From an uncultured Chloroflexia bacterium (GTDB lineage: Bacteria > Chloroflexota > Limnocylindria > Limnocylindrales > CSP1-4), in contig CAVVYR010000008.1 of assembly GCA_963752475.1 (NCBI GenBank), positions 384,001 through 448,000 on the forward strand: a stretch of DNA of 64,000 nt, written 5' to 3'. The notes beneath the pieces are model-generated. The model made no database searches and had not been told where the DNA came from. It was given only the letters and a program-made list of their open reading frames with translations. Every line of letters starts with the position of its first letter. Position 1 is the first letter of the stretch. Positions 23,637-34,437 of this stretch are shown here, piece after piece. The position numbers and the translations under genes were made by a program.

Positions 23637-26600
23637 TCAGGCCGCGCCGTGGCAGCGCTTGTACTTCTTGCCGGAGCCGCAGTAGCAGGGATCATTGCGG
23701 CCGATCTTGGTGCCGTCGGGCGCGTGGCTGGCGGCCTTGGCCTGGCCGGTGTCGATGGTCTCGTCACCCTTCTGCAGCTTGATGTCCTTGGGCGCCTGCG
23801 ACCCCAGTCCGGGAATCGCGGTCTTCGGGGCCGCCGGGGCGGCGGGACCGGCCCCGGTGGCGCTGCCGCCGGAAGTGATGGTGGTGCTGGTGCTGATGGT
23901 GGCGCCACTGGTAGCGGTGGCGCTGCCGCCCGACGAGACAGCCGGGGTGACCGTGCCGGCACCGGCCTCGGGAGCCGCGCTGGTATCGACCTGTCGCTGT
24001 GCGGCTGCGGGCGCACCGTTACCGCCGGCCTTGAGCTTGGCCAGTTGCTCCGGTGAGAGCGTTGGCATGGCCTGCGCCTGCTGCGGTGCAGCCTGCTCAC
24101 GCTGCTGGACGCTGACCCGGAAGATCGTGCTCGCGACCTGGTGCTGGATGAAGCCGCGCAGCTCTTCGTAGAGGCTGAGCGCCTCGCGCTTGAACTCGAT
24201 GAGGGGGTCTCGGCCGCCGTAGCCACGCAGGCCCACGCCTCGGCGGAAGTCCTCGAGCTCGGTCAGGTGCTCGACCCAGAGCGTGTCGATGGCGCGCAGC
24301 ACCACGGCGCGCTCGACGAGCGCCCAGGTCTCCTCGCCGTATTCCTGCTCGCGGGCGTCGAGGGCCTTGGCGGCTTCGTCGTTGACGTATTCGATGATGT
24401 CGGCCTGGCTGCCCTGCTCGTCGAGGGCATCGGCGCTGAAGGCATCGCCGGTGAGCCCGAGGGCGCCGAGCGACTCGGAGAGACCCTCGAGGTCCCACTC
24501 GGCTTCGATCTCGCCGAGGTGGCTGGCGATGACGCCGTCGAGCTCCTGCTCCACGAATGCCAGCACGGTCTCGCTGAGATCTTCGTTGTGCAGGACCTTG
24601 TCGCGCTCTTCGTAGATGCGCTCACGCTGTTTGTTGATGACGTCGTCGTACTCGACGATGCGCTTGCGCATGTCGAAGTTGTAGCCCTCGACGCGAGACT
24701 GCGCGTTCTCCACGGTCTTCGAGACCATGCGCGACTCGATGGCCACCTCGCCCTCGAGGCCCATGCGCTCCATGAGCGCGGTCACGCGATCGTTGGCGAA
24801 GCGCTTGAGCAGCGCATCCTCCAGCGAGAGGAAGTAGCGCGAGGACCCGGGGTCGCCCTGGCGACCGGAACGACCGCGGAGCTGGTTGTCGATGCGGCGG
24901 GCGTCGTGTCGCTCGGTGCCGATGATGTGCAGACCACCGGCGGCCACGACCTTCTGATGGTCCGCATCGCAATCAGCCTTGGCCTCCGCGTAGACCTCGT
25001 CGTAGACCTCCTGCTCCACTTCGGCCGGGTTCAGGCCACGGCCGTGCAGGATCTGGCTGGTCAGTCCGGCAGGGTCGCCGCCAAGCTTGATGTCGGTACC
25101 GCGGCCGGCCATGTTGGTGGCGATGGTGACGGCACCCGATCGGCCGGCCTGCGCCACGATCGGCGCTTCCTTCTCGTGGAACTTGGCGTTGAGCACCTCG
25201 TGCTTGACGCCTCGCTTCTTGAGCGCCTTGCCCAGCAGCTCGCTCTTCTCCACCGAGGTGGTGCCCACGAGCACGGGCCGACCGAGCTCCTGCTGCTCGG
25301 CGATCTCGTCGATGACGGCGTTGAACTTGGCCTCCTCGTCGCGGAAGACGAGGTCGGCGCATGTCCTCGCGGATCATGGGCAGGTGCGTGGGGACGGCCA
25401 TCACTTCGAGCTGGTAGATCTTGTAGAACTCTTCCTGCTCGGTCATGGCCGTGCCGGTCATGCCGGCGAGCTTGTCGTACAGGCGGAAGTAGTTCTGGAA
25501 GGTGACCGTGGCCATGGTCATCGACTCGCGCTGGACCCGCACGCCCTCCTTGGCCTCCACCGCCTGGTGCAGGCCCTCCGACCAGCGACGGCCGGGCATC
25601 TGTCGACCGGTGAACTCGTCGACGATGACGATCTCGCCGTCCTTGACGATGTAGTCGCGGTCGCGCTGGTAGAGCGCGTGCGCTCGCAGCGACTGCTCGA
25701 AGTGCCGCGGCAGCCGCGGGTCGGTCTCCACGCCATAGAGGTCGCGGATGTCGAGCATCTTCTCGATCTTGGCGATGCCCTCTTCGGTCGGCGCGACGGC
25801 CTTCTCCTTGAGGTCGACGTAGTAGTCGCCACCTTCCTCGGCGTTCTCCGGGCGCGGCTCGAGCCTGCGGCACCAGACGGGCGAAGACCTTGTACATGTC
25901 GCCCGACTCGCCGGCCGCGCCGCTGATGATGAGCGGCGTGCGAGCCTCGTCGATGAGGATGTTGTCGACCTCGTCGACGATGCCGAAGAAGCGCTTGCGC
26001 TGAACACGCTCGTCGAGCTCCTGGACCATGTTGTCGCGGAGGTAGTCGAAGCCAAGCTCGTTGTTGGTGGCGTAGGTGACGTCCGCGTCGTAGGCCTCCT
26101 TGCGCCCGACCGGGCGCAGGTGGACGCAGCGTCTCGTCGTTGGTCTTGTAGTCGGGGTCGTAGATGTAGGCCGTATCGTGCTGGATGATGCCGACGAGAA
26201 GACCCAGGCCGTGGAAGATCGGGCCCATCCACTGCGGGTCGCGCTTGGCCAGGTAGTCATTGACGGTGATGACGTGGACGCCCCAGCCGGACATGGCGTT
26301 GAGTGCGGCGGCCAGCGGCGCGACGAGGGTCTTGCCCTCGCCCGTCTTCATCTCCGCGATCATGCCGCGGTGGAGCACGATGCCACCCAGCAACTGGACG
26401 TCGAACGGCCGCATCTCGAGCTTGCGCCGACTGACCTCGCGGGCCGCGGCGAAGACGTCTGGCAGGACCTCGTCAAGTGCCGACTGCATGCGCTCGAAGT
26501 CCGCCTTCTTGCGCGCCCTCCGCAGCTGGCACGGGCTCTCGGAGTCCAGGCTGTGGACCTCCTCCTCGCTGGGCTCGGTGGCCGGCGCGGCCTCGCGGAC

Positions 26601-26756
26601 CTCCCTGCGCACATCGGCCATCTCGGCCTTGATCTGCTCGTCGGAGAGGTCGGCGTAGTGCGACTCCAGCTCATTGATCTTGTCGACGATAGGCTGGAGC
26701 GGCTTGAGGTTGGATTCTTCGGAGGTCCCGATGAGACGGGAAACGAACTTGCGCAT
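23637..26756 (-). CDS. secA: Preprotein translocase SecA, interrupted by three apparent +1 insertions (~26126, ~25867, ~25359)
   Basis: [58 protein letters not shown] and [23 protein letters not shown] spread over four frame segments. Confidence 0.93.
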
Positions 26757-26983
26757 GGATTTAGAAGTATAGGGCTCGTGCGCATTCGGCCCCTGCGTGG
26801 GGCTTCGCAGCACTCGCCAAGACGCGGGCGTTCACGAATTCTTGCCCGACCCCTTGTGTGGAACCGCTCTCACTCGTACACTTCTGCGCAAACACCGGCG
26901 GCCATCCCGCCGGTGTGTGTGATTACGCGGCCGTAGCAAGGAACGTGCCCTGGCTAACGGACCGATGAGGGAGAGCAACATAC

Positions 26984-27232
26984 GTGAAGCCGTTTTCGGT
27001 TGAGCCCGAAGCCGAGATCGGAGATCAGTCTTTCACTGACCTGATCGCCTGCGAGCGAGACTGCAGGAACTGCAGCTACGCCGCTTGGCTGGACTGCGAT
27101 GGCAACTGCGGAGAATGCGTGCATAACGGCTACTGCCCGTGCGTGAACCCCGTGGTCGCCCGTAGCAAGACCGCTTTGAAGATCATCGAGCTGCGACCCC
27201 TGCTGCTGCAGGACCTTCGCTCTCGACGCTAG
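26984..27232 (+). CDS. Small Cys-rich hypothetical protein (two CxxxCxxC plus CPC)
   Basis: 82 aa, 8 Cys, GAGGGAG RBS before GTG; fills the secA-prfB gap. Confidence 0.65.
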   Translation: MKPFSVEPEAEIGDQSFTDLIACERDCRNCSYAAWLDCDGNCGECVHNGYCPCVNPVVARSKTALKIIELRPLLLQDLRSRR

Positions 27233-27254
27233 CCAGCACCGACCCCGATCGCCG

Positions 27255-28368
27255 ATGGACCACGCCCTGATCCGGGACCTCGTGTCCCGCGTCCACTCGA
27301 CCTCGGGGAGGCTTTGACCTAGAAGGCAAAGCCCGCGAGCTCGCGGCGCTCGACGAGCGCGCCTCCCAGCCCGAGTTCTGGAACGACTCCCGCGAGGCCA
27401 AGCGCGTCCTGCGCGCGGCCGACGGCCTGCGTGATGAGCTCGAGGCCTGGAACGGCCTCATCTCCCGTGCCGATGACCTGGGCGAACTGGCCGAGCTGGC
27501 TGCCGAGTCGGGCGATGACGAGCTTGAGGCCGAGGTCGAGCCCGAGTACAGCGCCGTCGAGGCCGACTACGAGCGCATGCGCACGAGCCTGCTCTTCTCG
27601 GGCGACTACGACGACTCGGATGCCTTCATCAGCATCAGCGCCGGCGCCGGCGGCACCGAAGCGACCGACTGGGCCGAGATGCTCCTGCGTATGTACTTGC
27701 GCTGGTGCGAGCGCCGCGGCTTCGGCACCGAGATCGTGGACCGCCTCGAAGGGGAGGAGACCGGCATCAAGTCGGCCACCGTCTCGGTCCAGGGCCGCCG
27801 CGCCTACGGCTGGCTGCGGGCCGAGTCGGGCGTGCACCGATTGGTGCGCATCAGCCCCTACGACTCCCAGTCGCGCCGCCACACGACCTTCGTGCAGGTC
27901 GAGATCCTGCCCGAGGTGGAGGCGGCGGCTGAGGTCGAGGACATCCCCGACGACGAACTCAAGATCGATACTTATCGCGCCCAGGGTGCGGGTGGCCAGC
28001 ACGTCAACAAGACCGACTCGGCCGTGCGCCTGACGCACCTCCCCACCGGCATCGTGGCCCAGAGCCAGAACGAGCGCTCACAGCATCAGAACCGCGAGGC
28101 GGCCATGAAGATCCTGCGCGCACGCCTCCTGGAGCGGCGGCTGGAGGAGCGTGAGGCGGAGATCCGCGAACTCAAGGGTGAGCATGTGGAGGCCGGCTGG
28201 GGCAATCAGATCCGCTCGTACGTGTTGCACCCGTATCAGATGGTCAAGGACCACCGCACGGAACACGAGACGGGCAACACCACGGCCGTCCTCGACGGCG
28301 ACCTCGATGCCTTCATGGTCGCCGAGCTCGAACGCGTGGCCACCGAGCGCGAGGGTGGCACTGCCTGA
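27255..28368 (+). CDS. prfB: Peptide chain release factor 2, programmed +1 frameshift
   Basis: ATG 27255, GGGAGG then CTT-TGA-C at 27312-27318; GGQ and SPY motifs in the +1 frame. Confidence 0.96.
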
Positions 28369-29242
28369 GTTGCGGGTCGCCACGGCTGCCGACATACCAG
28401 CCATGCTGGAGGTCTTCTTCCACGCGATCGAGGACCTCGACCAGCAGCGCGGCCGGCCGCTGCATCCTCGTAACGCGGCGCCGCTCGAGATGCACTTCGG
28501 GCACCTGCTGAACACGGACCCAACGTCAGCCTATGTGGCCGACGACCACGGCAAGGTCATCGCCTTCGGCATCGTCATGCGCCGCGGCGCCGAGGCCTTC
28601 CTCTCGTTCCTCTTCGTCGAGCCCGCCTGGCAGAGCCGGCGGATCGGCCGCGCGGTGCTCGAGGCCTGCATCGCCGGGGCAGGGGAGGGCGTCGAGCACG
28701 TCTCGACCTGCGCCGAGGCCAACCAGCCGGTCTCGACAGGCCTCTACGCAAAGATGGGCATGGCCCCACGAACGCCGCTGTATCTCGTCCGTGGGGCGCT
28801 CCCGGACGACGCGCTGCCGACGGTCCCGAAGCACATCGAGCGCCGTCGAATCAACCCGGAGGTGGTGGCCGCCTTCGACCGCGCGCTCATAGGCTATGAG
28901 CGTCCGCGGGACCACGCCCTCTGGGCTCATGAGCGGACGGGTGCCCTGTTCGCCGATGAGGCTGGGTCCGTGCTTGGATACGGCTACGCCCACCCCAGCG
29001 GCCGCATCGGCCCGGTGGCGGCGGCCGACCCCGCGTACCTGCCGGGGTTCGTGGGCTACCTCGTACGCCTGACCGAGGTACTCGAAGGCCGCCAGTTGGT
29101 GGTACCGGGGCCGGCATCGAGCATCCTCGTTCCCTTGCTGCGGGCGGGGATGGTCATCGACGGCACGCCCGCCATCCACCTCACGCAGGGTCCCGGCCCT
29201 GCCTTCGACCGCTACATCCCCATGAGCTACGCCCTCCTCTGA
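28355..29242 (+). CDS. GNAT-family acetyltransferase (two-domain)
   Basis: LFV.P.WQ.R.IGR, LY.KMG, IGPVAA; start GTG 28355 overlapping prfB end. Confidence 0.85.
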   Translation: MALPELRVATAADIPAMLEVFFHAIEDLDQQRGRPLHPRNAAPLEMHFGHLLNTDPTSAYVADDHGKVIAFGIVMRRGAEAFLSFLFVEPAWQSRRIGRAVLEACIAGAGEGVEHVSTCAEANQPVSTGLYAKMGMAPRTPLYLVRGALPDDALPTVPKHIERRRINPEVVAAFDRALIGYERPRDHALWAHERTGALFADEAGSVLGYGYAHPSGRIGPVAAADPAYLPGFVGYLVRLTEVLEGRQLVVPGPASSILVPLLRAGMVIDGTPAIHLTQGPGPAFDRYIPMSYALL

Positions 29243-29256
29243 CCACTGGAGAGACG

Positions 29257-30096
29257 ATGACCCTGCTGACCCTGCCTGAACCATCGGTCGAGATCGGAGC
29301 CGCTGTCGAGGTGATGTTGGCCGCGTGCGACGAGGCCGACGCCATCTCGCTGGCGTCCTTCCGCCGCAGCATCCGCATCGAGGCCAAGCCTGATGCCTCG
29401 TTCGTGACCGAGGCCGACACGGCCGTGGAGCGCGCCATCCGCGAGCGCATCACCACGCGCTTCCCCGACCACGGCCTCGTGGGCGAGGAGTACGGCACGG
29501 CCGAGTCCGAGAGCGGCCGACGATGGATCATCGACCCTATCGACGGAACCCACAACTACATGCGCGGCGTGCCCGTCTACGCCACGCTCATCGGGCTCGA
29601 GATCGACGGCGAGCTCGCCGCCGGTGCCGTCAGCGCGCCCGCATTGCATCGTCGCTGGTTCAGCTGGGAGGGCGGTGGCGCCTGGGCTGTCGACACCGTG
29701 CCCGGTGGCTGGGACCGCGACTCAGGGCAGCGCCTGTCGGTGTCGGAGGTCGATCGGCTCGACGAGACCTCGGTGGTCTACTCCTCGTATCCCAGCATCA
29801 TCGACTCGGGTTGGGCGCCGGGCTTCGGGCCGCTCCTGGGCAAGGTCTGGCGTGACCGCGGCCTGGGCGACTTCTACGGCTACATGCTCGTAGCCGAGGG
29901 GGCGGCCGAGGTCATGGTCGAGTCCGAGCTCAAGATCTGGGATCTGGCCGGACCGCGCGCGGTGATGCAACACGCCGGCGCACGTGTGACCGACATCATG
30001 GGCGGCGAGGACATGCCCGGCCACGGGGTCCTCGCGACGAACGGACGGCTGCACGACCTGGTCCTCTCGGAGCTGTCTCACACCAAGACTCGCTAA
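29257..30096 (+). CDS. Inositol monophosphatase family, histidinol-phosphatase HisN-like
   Basis: VTEAD, GEE.G, WIIDPIDGT.NY.RG.P, GDF.GYMLVAEG, WD.A. Confidence 0.88.
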   Translation: MTLLTLPEPSVEIGAAVEVMLAACDEADAISLASFRRSIRIEAKPDASFVTEADTAVERAIRERITTRFPDHGLVGEEYGTAESESGRRWIIDPIDGTHNYMRGVPVYATLIGLEIDGELAAGAVSAPALHRRWFSWEGGGAWAVDTVPGGWDRDSGQRLSVSEVDRLDETSVVYSSYPSIIDSGWAPGFGPLLGKVWRDRGLGDFYGYMLVAEGAAEVMVESELKIWDLAGPRAVMQHAGARVTDIMGGEDMPGHGVLATNGRLHDLVLSELSHTKTR

Positions 30097-30133
30097 GGGG
30101 CCAGAGGGGGTCGCTGTGCTACGCTCCCGGCCG

Positions 30134-30964
30134 ATGAGCGACGCCGTTTCCCGGGCCGTCGCCGGGCCACCCCCAGGAGCACCCTGGCCCGACCAGGTGC
30201 CTGCCCCAGCGGCACCCGGAAATGGACTGCCCGGACCTGCCATGCCCGGTCAGCCGCTGCCTCAGGCAGAGCGGCCCGAATCGGTGCGCCTCGAGAACGT
30301 GTCCAAGACCTTTGGCACGGGCAAGGAAGCGCTCATCGACGTCGACCTCACCATCCCCGAAGGCGACTTCATCTTCCTCGTCGGTCCCTCTGGCGCGGGC
30401 AAGTCCACGCTCACCAAGCTGCTCGTCCGCGACGAGAAGGCGACCGAGGGCCAGGTGCAGGTGGCCGGCCACGACCTCGGCCGCATGAAGAAGAAGGAGG
30501 TGCCGCTGCTTCGGCGCAAGATCGGCATCGTCTTTCAGGACTTCCGTCTGTTGCCGCGCAAGACGGTCTACGAGAACGTGGCCTTCGCGCTGGAGGTGAC
30601 GGGCACGCCCAAACGCCTGATGGAGCCGGCCGTGGAGCGCGCGCTCGCACTGGTCGGGCTCACCGAGCAGGCCAAGCAGCGACCGGACCAGCTATCAGGC
30701 GGCGAGCAGCAGCGTACGGCCATCGCCCGCGCCATGGTCCACGACCCGCGCCTGATCATCGCCGACGAGCCCACCGGCAACCTCGACCCGCTCATCAGCT
30801 GGGAGATCATCCAGCTGCTGCTGCGCATCAACGAGATGGGCACGACCGTGCTCATGGCCACCCATGACGCCGAGGTCGTGACCGCGCTTCGCCGCCGCGT
30901 CGTGGCACTCGAGGACGGCCGAGTCGTGCGTGACGAGGTCGGAGGCTACCACCGTGAGTACTAG
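30134..30964 (+). CDS. ftsE: Cell division ATP-binding protein FtsE, Pro-rich N-extension
   Basis: [32 protein letters not shown]; adjacent ftsX. Confidence 0.94.
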   Translation: MSDAVSRAVAGPPPGAPWPDQVPAPAAPGNGLPGPAMPGQPLPQAERPESVRLENVSKTFGTGKEALIDVDLTIPEGDFIFLVGPSGAGKSTLTKLLVRDEKATEGQVQVAGHDLGRMKKKEVPLLRRKIGIVFQDFRLLPRKTVYENVAFALEVTGTPKRLMEPAVERALALVGLTEQAKQRPDQLSGGEQQRTAIARAMVHDPRLIIADEPTGNLDPLISWEIIQLLLRINEMGTTVLMATHDAEVVTALRRRVVALEDGRVVRDEVGGYHREY

Positions 30965-30976
30965 GGCCGGCGACTG

Positions 30977-31861
30977 ATGCACTTCCTGCGCTTCTCGTTC
31001 CGACAGGCCTTCCAGGGGTTGTGGCGCAACAGCGTCATGACCTTCGCGGCCACCTTCACGATGATCCTCATGCTCATCTTGTTGAGCGCGCTGGTCATCG
31101 TCATCAACGGCGTGGAGGCCGGGCTCGAGTACGTCGAGTCACGTGTCGAGGTCCGAGCCGAGTTGCATCCGGTTTCAGCCACGCAGATCGCGGACTTCCA
31201 GACCCAGCTCGAGGCCCGCTCCGACGTGGGCTCGGTGGTCTTCGTAAGCAAGGAGGAGGCGCTCGAGCGCTTCATCACCGAGCGTGAGGAGCGGGGTGAG
31301 ACCAACATCGCGGCGGCCTACGCCGGGTACAACCCCTTCAACGACTACTACTCCATCGAGCTGACCGACCCGCGCAACTCTGAGGACGTGGTGGCCGTGC
31401 TGCAGTCGGAGACCGGCCTCGTCTCGCTCGTGCTGGGCCAGCAGACCGGCATCGATCGCCTCGTCGAGCTGACCGCGCAACTGCGCAACCTCGGCTTCAT
31501 CGTGCTCAGCTTCGTGGCCCTGACCGTGCTGCTCATCGTCGTCAACAGCATCCGCATGGCACTGCTGGCGCGCGCGCAGGAGATCGAGATCATGCGCCTC
31601 GTGGGAGCCTCCGATCGCTACGTTCGCTGGCCGTTCATGCTCGAGGGCGTCCTCATCGGCCTCCTGGGCGCCATCATCACCCTGATCCTGCTGCTGCTGG
31701 CGAGCCCCGTCATCAGCGACATCGCCACCGACATCGCGGGGGCCGTGCCGCTCGGCTTCGACGAATCTCTGACGCTCCAGATCATGGCCATCACCATCGG
31801 CGCCGGCATCGGCCTCGGCGGGGTGGGGGCCTGGATCAGCGTTCGCACCTACCTGCGCTAG
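30977..31861 (+). CDS. ftsX: Cell division permease FtsX
   Basis: SKEEALE.F, NSIRM...[16 protein letters not shown]. Confidence 0.94.
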   Translation: MHFLRFSFRQAFQGLWRNSVMTFAATFTMILMLILLSALVIVINGVEAGLEYVESRVEVRAELHPVSATQIADFQTQLEARSDVGSVVFVSKEEALERFITEREERGETNIAAAYAGYNPFNDYYSIELTDPRNSEDVVAVLQSETGLVSLVLGQQTGIDRLVELTAQLRNLGFIVLSFVALTVLLIVVNSIRMALLARAQEIEIMRLVGASDRYVRWPFMLEGVLIGLLGAIITLILLLLASPVISDIATDIAGAVPLGFDESLTLQIMAITIGAGIGLGGVGAWISVRTYLR

Positions 31862-31869
31862 CGTCCCCC

Positions 31870-33225
31870 GTGACCGCGCCCCCAGGCACACCGCTCGAGC
31901 CACCGTCCAACGGCGACGGTGCGCCTCAGCCACAGAACCAGGGTCCGTCCGTGGTCTTGACGGCGGTGGTGCTGCTCGCGCTCGGGGCCGGCGCCATCTT
32001 CTGGGCCGGGATGACGCTCGGTGGTGGCACCAACGGCCGCAACAGCGAGGAGCGGGCGGCCATCGAGGCCTTCACCCAGACGTACCGCGACATCGCCGAC
32101 CGCTTCATCGGCACGCCCGTGCCGGCCGACGTCCTCGAAGGTGCGCTCGACGGCATGATCGAGGTGCTCGAGGACCCGTACTCGGACTACATGTCACCCG
32201 AGGAGTACGACGCGGCCCTCGATGACGCACTTGGCGAGTTCGAGGGCGTCGGCGCGGTCATGGAGACCACCGATGGCGACGGAGAGTCGTGCGAGCTCAT
32301 CAGCGATGACTGCGCGCTACGGGTCGTCGAGGTCCTATCCGGCGCGCCCGCCGAAGAGGCCGGACTCCAGGGTGGCGACAGCGTCATCGGCGTCGATGGC
32401 GAGTTGCTCGAGGGCAAGACCATCGACGACACCATCTGGCTCATCCGCGGCCCGCGCGGCACCGACGTCACGCTCGGCGTCGATCGCGAGGGCGAGGAGT
32501 TGGAGATTAGCATCACGCGCGATACGGTCGTGGCCGACGACGTTCTCAGCACCACGCTCGCCGACGAGCGGATCGGCTACATCTCCATCGTCAACTTCAG
32601 TGGCAACGCGGCCGACGACTTCGAGGCCGACCTGCAGGCACACCTAGACGCCGGGCTGGACAAGCTCATCGTCGACGTGCGCGACGATCCGGGTGGGTTC
32701 GTCGACGCCACCATCGAGATCAGCAGCCAGTTCATCGAGGACGGCGCGGTCTTCTGGGAGGAGTACGCCGACGGCGAGCAGGTCCCGGTGTATGTCGGCG
32801 GCGACGGCATCGCCACCGACGAGGGGACCGAGGTGGTGGTGCTGGTGAACGGCGGCTCGGCCTCCGCCAGCGAGATCTTCGCTGGTGCCGTCCAGGACGC
32901 CGGGCGGGCACAGCTGGTGGGTGAGAACACGTTCGGCAAGGGCACGGTCCAGGAGTGGGCCGAGCTTCCCGGCGATAGCGGCGGCTACCGACTGTCGATC
33001 GCCAAGTGGCTCACGCGCGACAAGCGCTGGGTCGACGGGGAGGGCCTCACACCCGACGTGGCCGTGGAGCTCGATGGTGAGCGCTTCGTGGCCGGGGTCG
33101 ATGGCGCCGACCCGAGCCGCGACAGCCAGGTCCAGGCGGCCGTCGAACTGCTCATCGGCGAGCCCCTGCCGACGTCGATCCCGAGCCCGACGCCCTCGGC
33201 CGAAGCCTCGCGGGACGCGTCGTAG
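31870..33225 (+). CDS. ctpA: C-terminal processing peptidase (S41, PDZ)
   Basis: DPYS.Y, PDZ, D.RD.PGG, SASASE, FGKG.VQ; N-terminal TM. Confidence 0.92.
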   Translation: MTAPPGTPLEPPSNGDGAPQPQNQGPSVVLTAVVLLALGAGAIFWAGMTLGGGTNGRNSEERAAIEAFTQTYRDIADRFIGTPVPADVLEGALDGMIEVLEDPYSDYMSPEEYDAALDDALGEFEGVGAVMETTDGDGESCELISDDCALRVVEVLSGAPAEEAGLQGGDSVIGVDGELLEGKTIDDTIWLIRGPRGTDVTLGVDREGEELEISITRDTVVADDVLSTTLADERIGYISIVNFSGNAADDFEADLQAHLDAGLDKLIVDVRDDPGGFVDATIEISSQFIEDGAVFWEEYADGEQVPVYVGGDGIATDEGTEVVVLVNGGSASASEIFAGAVQDAGRAQLVGENTFGKGTVQEWAELPGDSGGYRLSIAKWLTRDKRWVDGEGLTPDVAVELDGERFVAGVDGADPSRDSQVQAAVELLIGEPLPTSIPSPTPSAEASRDAS

Positions 33226-33290
33226 CGGCCCGGGATCGACGCAATCGCCCGATGTGCACTTGACACATCGGGTACCGTTCCCTCGAACGA

Positions 33291-33354
33291 AAGGAGGTGG
33301 TGTCTAATGCATAGTCGTTTAAGTAGCAGCACCGCCTCGGAGGTTCGGCGCTAA
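33291..33354 (+). other. Candidate sORF MHSRLSSSTASEVRR (33307-33354) with strong SD
   Basis: AAGGAGGTG at 33291-33299, ATG 33307, TAA 33352-33354; embedded in a long hairpin. Confidence 0.5.
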
Positions 33355-33384
33355 GTCGACCCTGCGAGTGGTGCTAGCCGCCAG

Positions 33385-33410
33385 GACGCCGGCCCGTCTG
33401 GGCCGGCGTT
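33385..33410 (+). terminator. GC-rich hairpin, terminator-like
   Basis: GACGCCGGCCC-GTCT-GGGCCGGCGTT; weak U-tract. Confidence 0.55.
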
Positions 33411-33473
33411 CGTATGTCTGTGCGACCCTTAGGGGCCGCCATCAACGCCAGAGCGACTCCAAGGAGCCCACAG

Positions 33474-33935
33474 ATGGGCAAGACCATCGCCACCAACCGC
33501 AAGGCACGCCACGACTACAAGGTCGAGGACACCGTCGAGGCCGGCATCGCTCTCACCGGTACGGAGATCAAGTCCGTGCGCGAGAGCCAAGTCAACCTGC
33601 AGGACTCGTACGCCCGCATCGAGAAGGGCGAGGCCTGGCTGATCGGCGCCCGGATCGCTCCCTGGGCCGGTGGCAACCGCTGGAACCACGAGCCCATGCG
33701 TGATCGCAAGCTGTTGCTGCACCGCGCGCAGATCGACCACCTCGTGGGCAAGACGAAGTCCAAGGGCCTCACGCTGGTGCCGCTCTCGATGTACTTCAAC
33801 GATCGCGGCAAGGCCAAGGTCCAGATCGGGCTGGTCAAGGGCAAGAAGCAGTACGACCGCCGCCGCGACATCGCTGAGCGCCAATCACGCCGCGACACCG
33901 AGCGCGAGATCGCCGACGCCATGCGCGGCCGCTAG
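33474..33935 (+). CDS. smpB: SsrA-binding protein SmpB
   Basis: NRKARHDY, EAGI.L.GTEIKS, RKLLLH, GKKQYD.R; AAGGAG RBS. Confidence 0.97.
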   Translation: MGKTIATNRKARHDYKVEDTVEAGIALTGTEIKSVRESQVNLQDSYARIEKGEAWLIGARIAPWAGGNRWNHEPMRDRKLLLHRAQIDHLVGKTKSKGLTLVPLSMYFNDRGKAKVQIGLVKGKKQYDRRRDIAERQSRRDTEREIADAMRGR

Positions 33936-34437
33936 CGAGACGACTGGTTCACTACCCAGACGACAGGTCCTAGGGAAGAGGCGGTGGCTGCGTGACGCTG
34001 GCAGCCGGGCGAGCGGCCATCGAGATCCCGTCTCAGGCATCCGTGAGATCGGGTAGCTACTTGCGGTCTCGGTCTAGGCGCTCCCTGGCCGAGCGACACG
34101 CGTCGCGGGTGCACGACTCAGTCAGCGGGCGGTCGCCGACACCTCCAGGGGACGCAGGGCTCTTGCGTCTGGCTGTTGCCGCTCAGCGGGCGAGTTCGAC
34201 GCGCGGAGGCAGGATCGTGCCGATCCTGACCGTTGTGTGGCGAGTACTGGCGCTCCGGCCCGCCCAGCGGGAGGAAGGCGCTCCTGGGCGCCAGGATGGT
34301 CGGGCTCGCCCGTTCAGCGGCAAGCAGTGGCCGAGCGTGGTGCCTGACGGTCGAGAGGAACATCGGGGCGAACGGACAGCTTCGGCATGGAGGCGACTGG
34401 CGTAGTTCGCAACAGGGGTCTACAATCTGTCGTCCGT

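Noticed and set aside
29257-30096. IMPase-family gene as part of the inositol lipid pathway
   Set aside because: Motifs fit HisN-like histidinol phosphatase better, and it lies ~25 kb from the operon
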